Shown one piece after another: positions 39,832 through 49,578 of a stretch of 64,000 bases of DNA. A program made the position numbers and the translations under genes. The first letter of the stretch is position 1. The number at the start of each line of letters is the position of its first letter. The notes beneath the pieces were generated by a model, which saw nothing but the letters and a program-made list of their open reading frames with translations, did not search any database and had not been told where the DNA came from. The stretch is from Candidatus Anstonellales archaeon (GTDB lineage Archaea; Micrarchaeota; Micrarchaeia; Anstonellales; J096), in assembly GCA_038896535.1 (NCBI GenBank), contig JAWACY010000001.1, positions 128,001 through 192,000 of the forward strand, written 5' to 3'.

Positions 39832-40229
39832 GCTTGCATTTTTTCTCTTTTTTCTACTTTCGCACTCTTTTGCTCCTTAAGCTTTCCTTCTATTTCATAT
39901 CTCATATCAGGTCCTTGAATACTTCCTCCCTGCTGAATAAAATCCCTAGCAGTACTCATGTAGCCAGGTGCGTATGAAAATTGAAATGAGAAAAGGTATG
40001 CTGCTAAATCTATATTTGGTTTTCCAAGCTCAAGCTCTTTTCTTAGTAACTCTGCCTGTTTGTTATTCATACTAGCCCTATATTCATTTTCTCCCACCCC
40101 TCTTATAATTATCTCATTTCTTTGAAGATTAATTTCGATTTTAGCATATGGCTGTTTTGGTTCTTTATCAGAAACAGTAAGTTTGCCATCTTCTCCTGTA
40201 TAGGCATACATTGTTTTTATTTCAGCCAT
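39828..40229 (-). CDS. Hypothetical protein
   Basis: ORF convergent with 39049-39831; TATA-like TTTAAAA upstream. Confidence 0.65.
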   Translation of the reverse strand: MAEIKTMYAYTGEDGKLTVSDKEPKQPYAKIEINLQRNEIIIRGVGENEYRASMNNKQAELLRKELELGKPNIDLAAYLFSFQFSYAPGYMSTARDFIQQGGSIQGPDMRYEIEGKLKEQKSAKVEKREKMQA

Positions 40230-40282
40230 ATATATTTTGAGAATAAAAAGATTTTTAAATAGGTCCAATATTAAAATGGGCT

Positions 40283-40318
40283 AGGCAAATTACTATTAAA
40301 CATGCTTCTTACAAACAT
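40283..40318 (+). repeat. Degenerate solo copy of the hairpin-array unit
   Basis: AGGC-AAATTACTATTAAACAT-GC-TTCTTAC-AAACA matches the array loop, right arm and linker start. Confidence 0.7.
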
Positions 40319-40433
40319 AATTACTTACTACATTTTACTACTTACTACCTTTACTAATTACTACCTAATTCCACTGCATTTTACTATCATATAAATTTAT
40401 AAAAAGGTATAAAGTAGAGAAGGAAAGTGGCAG

Positions 40434-40748
40434 CTAGAATTCTATATAAACTTGATCTTTTTCTGCTGTTATTTTAAAAGCCCTTACTGGTTTTATTTTT
40501 TCTCCTGTTAAAGGATTTGATATGACTTCTCCAGTTTTTATATTAAAGACAGCAGCATGGCATGCGCACATTATTGCATAATCTTTTAAAAAACCTGTTG
40601 ACAATGGGCAGTTTGCATGTGTACAAACATCCTGTAATGCATAAAACTCCTCATTTTTCCTAATAATGCAGAATCTAAACCCATATGCATAAGCTACATT
40701 TATTCCATTAACGAAATCATTTATATTTCCTATTTTTACTTTTGCCAT
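40434..40748 (-). CDS. Rieske [2Fe-2S] ferredoxin
   Basis: CTH...L and CACH...F...TG. Confidence 0.92.
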   Translation of the reverse strand: MAKVKIGNINDFVNGINVAYAYGFRFCIIRKNEEFYALQDVCTHANCPLSTGFLKDYAIMCACHAAVFNIKTGEVISNPLTGEKIKPVRAFKITAEKDQVYIEF

Positions 40749-42070
40749 TTTCCATCCTCTATTATTTTCTTTGTTTTCTTTGGGTCTGCTCTACCTTTTG
40801 TTAGTGCCATAACTTTTCCAACAAGAAATGATAGCGCCTTTTCTTCGCCTTTTTTGTAATCTTCGAATGCTTTTATGTTTTCTTTAATAACCTTTTTTAT
40901 TATTTCAATTAATTCTTCATCACTTATTTTTTTATACTTATTTATAGCACTGCTGATTTTTTCTCCTTTGTCAATATAATTTATTAATAACATCTCCATA
41001 GCATCATCACTAATGAACATGTTGAAAAAATGTTCAAGCAATACTTTAATTTCATTTTCTTCTAGATTTGCTTTTCTAAATTGCATATGCCTGTAATTGA
41101 GTTGTTTCTTTAATGGGCCCTTTATCCAATTTGCTAATGCAACTTTATCGAAGTATTTTGATAAGTTTTCATAAAAATCGGCAATCTCCTTTTCTTCTAT
41201 TAAAACATGTGCAACTTCTTTATTTATCCCATTTTTTATAAATCTTTCAGCCCTTTCATATGGCAGCTCGCCAAAATCTTTTGTAAATGATAAATCTATT
41301 GTTAATGGCATTAAATCTGGCTCTGGCATATATCTATAATCTTCCTCTGTTTCTTTTTTCCTTAAACTTATTGTTTTCCCTCCTGCTTCATCAAAGTGTC
41401 TTGTTTCCCTTTCAACTTCTAAGCCCCTCTCAATCAACGATTTTTGCCTCTTTATTTCATATTCTAATGCTATACCAACATTTTCAAATGAATTTATATT
41501 TTTAACCTCCACTCTATTGTGCCCCTTTATGCTTATATTAGCATCAACTTTAACTGTGCCGTTTTCTTTTATTATATTATAATATCTCAACCCAAGTTCC
41601 AGCTTTTTTAAAATCTGTTTTGCATGCTCACTTCCTTTAATATCAGGTTTAGTCACAATTTCTATTAATGGAACCCCTGCTCTATTATAATCAACAAGGC
41701 CTTTTTTTAATTCATACCTCCCAGGATCTTCTTCTATGTGCACTTCTTTTATAGCAACATCATCCAAAAAGCCTTCAACTGCTAAAGGTGTGCTTGTTCT
41801 TTGATAACCTGCTGGAAGATCGGGATAGAAGTAGTGCTTCCTTAATAAATAAAATTTATCAAGCAATTTACATTTTAGCAAATAGCCAGCATTGTAAGCT
41901 AAATGAACTGCATATGAATTTATTGGTTTTGGTTTTGCTCCAGGCTGTGCTGTACATATCTCACATATCAATGTATTTGGCTCTTGTTCTTGCTCATTTT
42001 TACATTCACAAAAAAGCTTGCTTTGAGTATTTAACTGCACGTGTATTTCAAGCCCTATAAGTACATCCAT
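40736..42070 (-). CDS. gatB: Asp/Glu-tRNA amidotransferase subunit B
   Basis: IGLEIHVQLNT.SKLFC, RKHYFYPDLP, NRAG.PLIEIVT.P, RVEVKN.NS, DYRY.PEPDL. Confidence 0.96.
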   Translation of the reverse strand: MDVLIGLEIHVQLNTQSKLFCECKNEQEQEPNTLICEICTAQPGAKPKPINSYAVHLAYNAGYLLKCKLLDKFYLLRKHYFYPDLPAGYQRTSTPLAVEGFLDDVAIKEVHIEEDPGRYELKKGLVDYNRAGVPLIEIVTKPDIKGSEHAKQILKKLELGLRYYNIIKENGTVKVDANISIKGHNRVEVKNINSFENVGIALEYEIKRQKSLIERGLEVERETRHFDEAGGKTISLRKKETEEDYRYMPEPDLMPLTIDLSFTKDFGELPYERAERFIKNGINKEVAHVLIEEKEIADFYENLSKYFDKVALANWIKGPLKKQLNYRHMQFRKANLEENEIKVLLEHFFNMFISDDAMEMLLINYIDKGEKISSAINKYKKISDEELIEIIKKVIKENIKAFEDYKKGEEKALSFLVGKVMALTKGRADPKKTKKIIEDGKWQK

Positions 42071-42118
42071 AAATTAAAATGAAGGATTGTTTTTAAATAT
42101 TTGACTTAAAATATATTG

Positions 42119-42976
42119 ATGATTGCAATTATAGGAAAATCAATTTTGGGGCAAGAGATATATAATTATTTACCAGTTAAAAATAAGATCATTATATCAA
42201 GGTCTGACGGAATTCAATATATAAGAGAAGATTTTGTAAAAAAATTAAAAACTGCAAAGGCCATAATATGGGCAGCAGGCAGCTACAATGCAAAAGATAT
42301 GCAGAGGGAACACATAAAGCCAATAGAGGAGTTAGTAAGTGCATTAAAAAGGCAGCAGAAGCTTATATATACATCAAGTATATCTGTTTATGGAAAATCA
42401 ATTAAAAGAGAGATAGATGAGAATATTGAGATAAATCCAGATACAAAATATGCGATGGCAAAGGCAAAAGCAGAACAAATAGCAAAAGAGCATGAGAATA
42501 CAATAATTTTTAGGCTTGGAGTTTTGTATAGTCATAAATATAAAGCATATTCAACAATATTCAAGCTCATATCTCTTGGCATATGCCCATATTTTGGGAA
42601 TGGGCAAAACAATGTGCCTTTTACTTATATAAAAGATGTATTGCCATGTTATAAAAATGCTTTATCATTACAAGGAAATGACATTTATAATGTATCTGGA
42701 AAAGGCTGTAAGCAGATGTATGCAATAAAAATTGCTTCACAAGCAATTGGCAAAAAACCAATTTTGTTTAAAATGCCAATGAATATAGCAGTTATTTGCG
42801 ACATATTTGGATGCTTTTTAAATACTGAAGCTGTAAAGAGCATATCATCAGATAGGAATATAAATAATAAAAAAGCTATTGACTACCTTGGATTTAATGA
42901 AACGCCGATAGATAAAGGCATAAAAAAAGAGGTAATGCTATGGAAGAAAAAACAAATGAAAATGAAGGAGAAGTAA
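42119..42976 (+). CDS. NAD-dependent epimerase/dehydratase (extended SDR)
   Basis: YTSSISVYG, Y...K..AE, R.G..Y; degenerate glycine-rich loop. Confidence 0.8.
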   Translation: MIAIIGKSILGQEIYNYLPVKNKIIISRSDGIQYIREDFVKKLKTAKAIIWAAGSYNAKDMQREHIKPIEELVSALKRQQKLIYTSSISVYGKSIKREIDENIEINPDTKYAMAKAKAEQIAKEHENTIIFRLGVLYSHKYKAYSTIFKLISLGICPYFGNGQNNVPFTYIKDVLPCYKNALSLQGNDIYNVSGKGCKQMYAIKIASQAIGKKPILFKMPMNIAVICDIFGCFLNTEAVKSISSDRNINNKKAIDYLGFNETPIDKGIKKEVMLWKKKQMKMKEK

Positions 42977-43692
42977 TTAAGCTATTTTATGACATGAATG
43001 CTTATGAAAATGCTAATTATTATTTTCAACTAGCAAAGAAATATGCAAAGAAAGCAGAACAAGCAAGGAAAGCGATAGAAGAAATGAAAAAGAAAAACTT
43101 AAAAAAAGAAGAAAAAACAAAGCAAAACATTGTAATAAGCATGCCATATTTTTATACATCTGTAAAAAACCTTTACTGCACTGCAGGAAGAAATGCAGAA
43201 GAAAATGAAAAACTACTTAGGAAAAGCACTGAAAATGATTTGCTTTTTCATGCTGATATTCAAGGAGCAAGCACTGTATTGCTCAGAGATGGAATAAATG
43301 CTGAAATAGATGACAAGCTTGATGCTGCTTGTTATGCTGCATGCTATAGCAAAGCATGGGTTTTTGGCTATAGTTCAATAGATGTTTATGCTTTCAAAAA
43401 ACAACAAGTATATAAAGAACAGCAAAAAGCAGGCGCATTTAATATAAGCGGAGAAAGGGAATGGTTTAAGAACATGCCTTTGAGATTGAAAGTTGCCTTA
43501 ATAGGCAATGAAATTTTCATTCTCCCATACAGATGGCATGGGAATAAAGAAATTACCAAGCAAGTTGAAATAAGGCCAGGCAATATTGATAAAAATCAAG
43601 TATCAAAAAAGCTTAGTGAAATATTTAAGTGTGATGAGAATTATATAAAAAGCATTTTACCGCAAGGCAAGTTTGTCATTAAAAAAGAGTGA
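42940..43692 (+). CDS. NFACT-R (DUF814) protein; C-terminal half of a split Rqc2/RqcH homolog
   Basis: ENA..YF..AKK...K, GRNAEENE, FHADIQGA, A.YSKAW, GAF.I.GER. Confidence 0.85.
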   Translation: MEEKTNENEGEVIKLFYDMNAYENANYYFQLAKKYAKKAEQARKAIEEMKKKNLKKEEKTKQNIVISMPYFYTSVKNLYCTAGRNAEENEKLLRKSTENDLLFHADIQGASTVLLRDGINAEIDDKLDAACYAACYSKAWVFGYSSIDVYAFKKQQVYKEQQKAGAFNISGEREWFKNMPLRLKVALIGNEIFILPYRWHGNKEITKQVEIRPGNIDKNQVSKKLSEIFKCDENYIKSILPQGKFVIKKE

Positions 43693-43696
43693 TAGA

Positions 43697-44686
43697 ATGG
43701 CTGGAAAAAGAGAGCAAACAGAGCATTTAGATGGAAGAATATGCATTTTGCCTCAGTTAAAGGGCATAAACCCAAATGTTTTATATGAAGTTGGTTTGGC
43801 CCATATAGGTTTAATATTGCTCATCAACAATAAGGAGAAGATTGTTTTTTCTGACTCATTAAGCAAGGGGTCAATAGAGCAAGAAACAAAAGGAAAAAGC
43901 ATTGCTGTATATGACATTAAAGAATTTGAAAAATATATAAGAAATGAAAGCATAATGCTTGATTTCTCAAATTGTCCTTTGAACTTTTATTTATCATTAA
44001 AGAAGATTGCAAGAAAAATACAGAACTGCTCTGAGATGTTTATGAAAAAAAGGATGAAGAAAAGGCAGGATGAAATTGAAAAAATGAGAAAAGCAAGCAA
44101 AATAGCATTAAATGCATTGAATGAGCTTAAAGATAAGATAAGGGGTAAAACAGAGAGGGATTTGAAGTTTAAAATTATAGAATATTTTGCAGAACAAAAA
44201 GCATATGAAGCATTTCCTACAATTATTGCATCTGGGAAAAATGCTAGTTTCCCACACCACATGCCTTCAAATAAGAAGTTGAGTAAAAATATATTAGTAG
44301 ATAGGGGATGTTCTTATATGCATTATTGTTCTGACTTAACTGATGTTATTAATGTGGAAAGCAGGGCAGCTAAGGAAGACTATGAATCTATAAAGCAAGT
44401 TTTTTATTCCATTCTTGATGACTTGCCAAACATTGAAAAAGCAAATGAATTGCATGAGCTTTATATCGAACTTTATAAAAAATACAGATTAAAGGAAATG
44501 CCACATTTAATAGGGCATGGCATAGGATTGCAAGTTCATGAGTGGCCAATAATTAATGGTAAATCAGATCATGAAATCATTGGCACGACAATAACAATAG
44601 AGCCAAGCATATATAAAAAGAACTATGGCCTTAGATTTGAAAGAGTCATATATATAGGAAAAAGAAAAGCACGTATATTACTTTAA
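43697..44686 (+). CDS. M24B Xaa-Pro peptidase-like protein
   Basis: AFPTIIASG.N...PHH, D.G.....Y.SD.T, H..GHGIGL.VHE, TIEP.IY...G.R.E. Confidence 0.88.
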   Translation: MAGKREQTEHLDGRICILPQLKGINPNVLYEVGLAHIGLILLINNKEKIVFSDSLSKGSIEQETKGKSIAVYDIKEFEKYIRNESIMLDFSNCPLNFYLSLKKIARKIQNCSEMFMKKRMKKRQDEIEKMRKASKIALNALNELKDKIRGKTERDLKFKIIEYFAEQKAYEAFPTIIASGKNASFPHHMPSNKKLSKNILVDRGCSYMHYCSDLTDVINVESRAAKEDYESIKQVFYSILDDLPNIEKANELHELYIELYKKYRLKEMPHLIGHGIGLQVHEWPIINGKSDHEIIGTTITIEPSIYKKNYGLRFERVIYIGKRKARILL

Positions 44687-44687
44687 T

Positions 44688-45737
44688 TCATTTCATGTTT
44701 ACCCAATTTATCTCATAATATATGTTATCGCTGTTTTCAAGTTTTATCCTTTCTGCCTTATAAAATGTTACTGCTGCTTCTCTATCTACCAAGCATAATA
44801 GTAAAGGCAGATTGTTTTTTATGCAATAATCTAGAGCACTAGCAAGCATGGACCCTCTGACAAAATCTTGCTGTTTCAATATTTTTAATACATAAATTTC
44901 ATTATTTCTCTTTATCAGCCCATCTGGTTTAAATTTCACAATCTTTTCCTTTGATTTTGGTATTGCTATTATATAACTCTTTTTTACACCATGACAAACC
45001 CTTATTGCTCTGCTCCATTGTTCAGCATCAAGGAAAAGGCCTTTAGGAAAAACATGAATTATATGCTTTGAATGCATGCCTTTATCTGGTTGTGCATTTG
45101 GTTCATATATTCTGAAATCGCCACCAAATTTGAACCCAGTTTTTAATACATAACCTTTGCTCCTCCAGTCTTTATAAATACTATAAATATCATCAAAAAA
45201 TCTGTAATAAGGTCTAAAGCTGCCTGATAAAACATTTAATTCTTTCAAAAATTGGCATTCATAAAAATCAAGTAAAAAAAGGTTCCCATAATGTTTCTTA
45301 TAACTTCCATATTGTCCAAACCAATATTTATAATAAAGATCCTTATCCCCTTTTATAATTGCAAACTGCTTATCCTGGCCCAAAACAACAGCTTTTGCAT
45401 CTATATTAAAATCATGCGATTTATAAATTTTTATTACCCCATCAGTGATGCTCGCTTTTATGTCTCTTTCTTGAATGTCTTTTATATATTTAAAACCTTT
45501 CATAAAAAGTTCTCTGAATACAACGTAGTTAGATATATCAAAACTTGGCATTTCATTTAATTCAAAGTCAATTGAAAATACTTCATTTAATAAGAAAGCC
45601 TCGTTAATATTAAGTATTAATTCATCTTTATGAAATGTTCCTATGCCTCTAGCATATATTCTATTTTTTTCACTTTCTGTGCCTTTATATGAAAATAGCC
45701 CATTGCCCTTAATAGAGATTTTTCCTTTTAATTGCAT
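44688..45737 (-). CDS. endA: tRNA-splicing endonuclease, three-unit epsilon2-type
   Basis: Catalytic unit in the middle (G.KFGGDFRIY, HS, RVCHGVKK), extra N-terminal unit, C-terminal beta unit with VDRE...TFY, and a GQYGSYK loop. Confidence 0.88.
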   Translation of the reverse strand: MQLKGKISIKGNGLFSYKGTESEKNRIYARGIGTFHKDELILNINEAFLLNEVFSIDFELNEMPSFDISNYVVFRELFMKGFKYIKDIQERDIKASITDGVIKIYKSHDFNIDAKAVVLGQDKQFAIIKGDKDLYYKYWFGQYGSYKKHYGNLFLLDFYECQFLKELNVLSGSFRPYYRFFDDIYSIYKDWRSKGYVLKTGFKFGGDFRIYEPNAQPDKGMHSKHIIHVFPKGLFLDAEQWSRAIRVCHGVKKSYIIAIPKSKEKIVKFKPDGLIKRNNEIYVLKILKQQDFVRGSMLASALDYCIKNNLPLLLCLVDREAAVTFYKAERIKLENSDNIYYEINWVNMK

Positions 45738-45741
45738 TCTA

Positions 45742-46308
45742 TCACTTTTTAGCAAAAAGCAAATATGCTGTATGCACTATCCCTTTATTTTCAGGTCTTG
45801 TTGAATTTTCATCTATTTTATAATCAATATGCAATGTTGATAAAACAAAAATGTGTTTAAATATTGCTCTTGCCTTTTTGCATGTTTCTTTTACTTGCTC
45901 TATATTTGGCAAAAAGCAAACAAAAAAACCACCAGCTTTCAAGTTTTCAAAAGCCCTCAATGCCATATTATGGGCATCTGGAATATCAGCAATGACAACA
46001 TCTACATCTTTTTCATCAAAATATTTGCCATCCTGATTTTTTAATATTACATTATTTGCCTTTATCAATTTCATATTATATTTTAAAATTTCAAATGCAT
46101 CCTCTCTTATTTCATATGCATAAACCCTATTTGCAATTCTTGACAGATAATAGGTTAGAAAACCATTCCCTGCTCCTACTTCAACAACAATGCTTTCTTT
46201 TCCAATATCAGCATAAGCAATAATTGCTCCTACATCTTTTGGCAGTATTACTGCCATTTTTCTTTTGAATTTCTTTAATGCATCTGGCATATGAAAATCA
46301 AATTTCAT
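45742..46308 (-). CDS. trmI: tRNA (adenine-57/58-N1) methyltransferase TrmI-like, lacking the N-terminal domain
   Basis: VILPKD...I, VEVGAGNG.LT, YE.RED, D.PD, P..EQV, TRP....HT.YL. Confidence 0.85.
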   Translation of the reverse strand: MKFDFHMPDALKKFKRKMAVILPKDVGAIIAYADIGKESIVVEVGAGNGFLTYYLSRIANRVYAYEIREDAFEILKYNMKLIKANNVILKNQDGKYFDEKDVDVVIADIPDAHNMALRAFENLKAGGFFVCFLPNIEQVKETCKKARAIFKHIFVLSTLHIDYKIDENSTRPENKGIVHTAYLLFAKK

Positions 46309-48971
46309 TTTCTTTCCCCATACTCTTTTATGAATTTTTCATATACAAATAATAAATCTTTTGTTATTGATGGCTTTCTTCCTGCAAGTAATGAAGATAA
46401 TTCCTGTTTTGTTAGTGTATCTATCTTCTTGCCTGTTTGCATACTTTTTTGAAATAATTTTAGTTTTATTTCCTCACACAATGCCTTTATATCAGCACTT
46501 GAATAACCTTCTGTTGCATTTGCTAAATAATCAAGATCAAATGATGAAGAGAACTTCCCGAGGTGGATTGCAAATATCTGTTTTCTCACTTCCTTAGATG
46601 GTGGAGGTATGTATATAATTCTATCAAACCTGCCAGGCCTTAATAAAGCCGGGTCAAGTGTTTGCGGTAAATTTGTCGCGCCCACAACAATGACATTTTT
46701 AAGATTCTTCAATCCATCCATTTCTTGTAATAACTGCCCCATCAATGGGTTTGACATGCCAGTTCTTGCAGGAGCAACTGTTTCTATTTCATCTATAAAT
46801 ATGATTGATGGTGCATTGTCCTTTGCCCTGTTAAATGCTTCTTTTAGCACTGTTGCTGCTTCATAATAACCTTTTTTCAGCAATTCAGCTCCACTCAAAA
46901 ATATTATCGGCACTTTAAACTCTCCTGCTGCTGCCTTCATTATGTATGTTTTTCCAGTTCCAGGAGGGCCAAATAAAAGCAATCCTTTTGGCGGCCTGAG
47001 TTGAAACTCCTCAATAAGCTGTCCATATTTTAATGGCAATTCAATTGCTTCTTTTAATGTTTTCTTAACATCTTCCATATCAGCAACATCACTAAATGTC
47101 AATTCTGGTGGTTTTTCTTCTTTTTCTTTTGATGTCTTCCTTTCAAATTCAAGCTTAAACTGCTCATGTTCTTCAAGTAAGCTTGCACTGACAGAAGGTT
47201 TTGTTATTTTTATTATTCCTTCTAAATCATTCATTGTTATTGGCTCTATATTCCCTGTCTTGCTCGCTCTTTTTGCAGCAATGCGCTTTGCTTCCTGCAC
47301 GACATTTGATATGTCTGCTGGAGTATATCTTTCAGTCATTTTTGCAAGCTTTTTAAAATCTATATTTTCATTCGGTACTTGGTTTATATAATATTTAAAT
47401 AATAACTCCCTCCCCCTTTCATCTGGTACACCCATGTATATAACTTTATCTATCCTCCCTGGCCTTAATAAAGCAGGATCAATCATGTTTGGCACATTTG
47501 TAGCAGCAACAAATATTATTGGCTTCTTTGATACAACCCCCTCAAGTTCTTGTAATAAAGTGTTTAGAACTCTTGGAGTTACTTCATCTAAGCCGCCACC
47601 TGCCCTTTTTTTTGCTATTGCATCAATTTCGTCAAAAAATAAAACAACTGGCGCCTTTTTTCTTGCTAGCTCAAATATTTGGCTTACGTTTTTCTCGCTT
47701 TCCCCATAATATGGAGACAAAAGCTGAGATGTTTTTACATAAAGAAATGGAAAGTTCAATTCTTTTGCAAGCGCCTTCATTAAGTATGTTTTTCCAGTTC
47801 CAGGAGGGCCAAATAAAAGCAATCCTTTTGGCGGTTTTAGCCCATAAGCATATGCAATCTTAGGATTTTCCAAAGGTGTTTTTATCGATTCTATTAATTC
47901 AGCTTTTAATTCGTCATAATTTGCTACATCTTCAAAGCCTTTTAAATTGCTCTCAACGCTTAAATCCTGTACACCAAAAACAGAGAATGGCTGAACCTCC
48001 TTTAATCTCCTCTCTATCCTTTCTCTGCTAAATGTATAGCCTTGCTTGTTAAGGAATATGACAAGCCAGTAAGATAATAGGCTATAAAAAATGATCTCAA
48101 TTTTATAGGCAAATCCAAATACGCGATAAAATAAGAAGTAAAATACTGGTATTGTTAGTAAAACCATTGCTGCTCTTGCCTCTGCTTCTTTATCTCTATA
48201 AAAGCCAGTATAGAATGCTGAGACATAGAGCAACGCTGTCCAGTATATGATTTGCAATATTCCCCCCTGATCTATTAATATTGAAGACAGGTTAAAGAAT
48301 GCTATCTCAAATGTCTTCATCACAGAACCAGCAGCCCTAAAATCAAACAAATTTGAGAATGCTTGTTGAAGTGCATCATAAAATTTGAATATGTCTATTG
48401 CTTGTTGTCTCTGCAATATTTGATCTGTAATGACCCTCTGGTGGTTTATTGGCAGGTATGCGCTATTATCAATTTGCCAGAATGAAGAAAGCAATAATAT
48501 GAATATCACAGACGGCATTGATAGGAGTATGGCCCTAAATGAACCGAGATGCAAGCCAGCAATGAAAAGTGCAAAGTAAATCAAACCGCCAAGATAAGAA
48601 AATGGAAATTGAGCAAAAGGCATTAAAATGACGATGTGCAAAAATGCAATCTCTTTCCAGGAAGTCCATACTCTGAATAGTATGAGAGAAAAAATGATGA
48701 GATAAAACCATCCAAAAACAGTGCTTTGGTACATTGTTGTTAGAACATTTATTCCTGCAAGTGCAATAATACCATATTCTGGTTTTTTATTATATGCAAA
48801 ATATGCTGGTATAAGTGCAATGAACGGGGCAATGAGTAAAGGAAATAATGGCAAAGCAGTGAATGATGCTAATGAGGCAAGATAAACAATGATGGCATTA
48901 ACAAGTCTGTCATTCGCAAGCAAAGCACTTGTATATGCTTTTATTGTTACTTGACTTAATGCAGTTGCCAT
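46305..48971 (-). CDS. Polytopic membrane protein fused to two AAA+ ATPase modules
   Basis: About 310-aa hydrophobic N-terminus, then two modules each with [11 protein letters not shown] and ALLRPGR. Confidence 0.9.
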   Translation of the reverse strand: MATALSQVTIKAYTSALLANDRLVNAIIVYLASLASFTALPLFPLLIAPFIALIPAYFAYNKKPEYGIIALAGINVLTTMYQSTVFGWFYLIIFSLILFRVWTSWKEIAFLHIVILMPFAQFPFSYLGGLIYFALFIAGLHLGSFRAILLSMPSVIFILLLSSFWQIDNSAYLPINHQRVITDQILQRQQAIDIFKFYDALQQAFSNLFDFRAAGSVMKTFEIAFFNLSSILIDQGGILQIIYWTALLYVSAFYTGFYRDKEAEARAAMVLLTIPVFYFLFYRVFGFAYKIEIIFYSLLSYWLVIFLNKQGYTFSRERIERRLKEVQPFSVFGVQDLSVESNLKGFEDVANYDELKAELIESIKTPLENPKIAYAYGLKPPKGLLLFGPPGTGKTYLMKALAKELNFPFLYVKTSQLLSPYYGESEKNVSQIFELARKKAPVVLFFDEIDAIAKKRAGGGLDEVTPRVLNTLLQELEGVVSKKPIIFVAATNVPNMIDPALLRPGRIDKVIYMGVPDERGRELLFKYYINQVPNENIDFKKLAKMTERYTPADISNVVQEAKRIAAKRASKTGNIEPITMNDLEGIIKITKPSVSASLLEEHEQFKLEFERKTSKEKEEKPPELTFSDVADMEDVKKTLKEAIELPLKYGQLIEEFQLRPPKGLLLFGPPGTGKTYIMKAAAGEFKVPIIFLSGAELLKKGYYEAATVLKEAFNRAKDNAPSIIFIDEIETVAPARTGMSNPLMGQLLQEMDGLKNLKNVIVVGATNLPQTLDPALLRPGRFDRIIYIPPPSKEVRKQIFAIHLGKFSSSFDLDYLANATEGYSSADIKALCEEIKLKLFQKSMQTGKKIDTLTKQELSSLLAGRKPSITKDLLFVYEKFIKEYGERK

Positions 48972-49029
48972 AAAACCATATATGTAAAATCTTTATAAAT
49001 ATCTGTGCATAAATATTTCTGGTGGGAAA

Positions 49030-49557
49030 ATGACAAAAGAAAGAAAAAAGAAGAGATTTTTTGGAATGGATGATATGGACAAAGACATATTCAGCCCGTT
49101 TTTTCATGATGATATAGAAAAAATCATGGAAGAAATGAGAAGAATGATGCTAAAGCTTATGGAAGATATTGGAGAGGAAGCAGAAGAAAAGAAAAATGTA
49201 AAAAGCAAAGTTTATGGCATTAATATAACAATTGGTCCAGAAGGAGAAGTAGATATAAAACAGTTTGGCGATTTTCCGACAAAGGTTAAAGAGAAGTCAT
49301 TAAGGGATACTGATATAAGACAACCGCTTGTTGAAGTGCATAGAGGAGAAAAAGAGTTAAGGGTAGTAGCTGAATTGCCCGGCGTTGAAGAAAAAGATAT
49401 AAATACAGAAATAAAAGAAAAGAAGCTTATTATAAAAGCAAAAAATAAAATAACGGGAAGAGATTATTATAGGGAAATTGACCTGCCTTATAATGCAACC
49501 ATAAAAAAGAAAACGTACAAAAATGGCATTCTTGAAATAGATTTAGATAGGCAATAA
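49030..49557 (+). CDS. hsp20: Small heat shock protein (archaeal Hsp20)
   Basis: VYG..I.IGP.G...I..FG, PLVEV, VVAELPGV...DI, YKNGILEI. Confidence 0.92.
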   Translation: MTKERKKKRFFGMDDMDKDIFSPFFHDDIEKIMEEMRRMMLKLMEDIGEEAEEKKNVKSKVYGINITIGPEGEVDIKQFGDFPTKVKEKSLRDTDIRQPLVEVHRGEKELRVVAELPGVEEKDINTEIKEKKLIIKAKNKITGRDYYREIDLPYNATIKKKTYKNGILEIDLDRQ

Positions 49558-49578
49558 TAAAATTTATCTGGTGATTTT

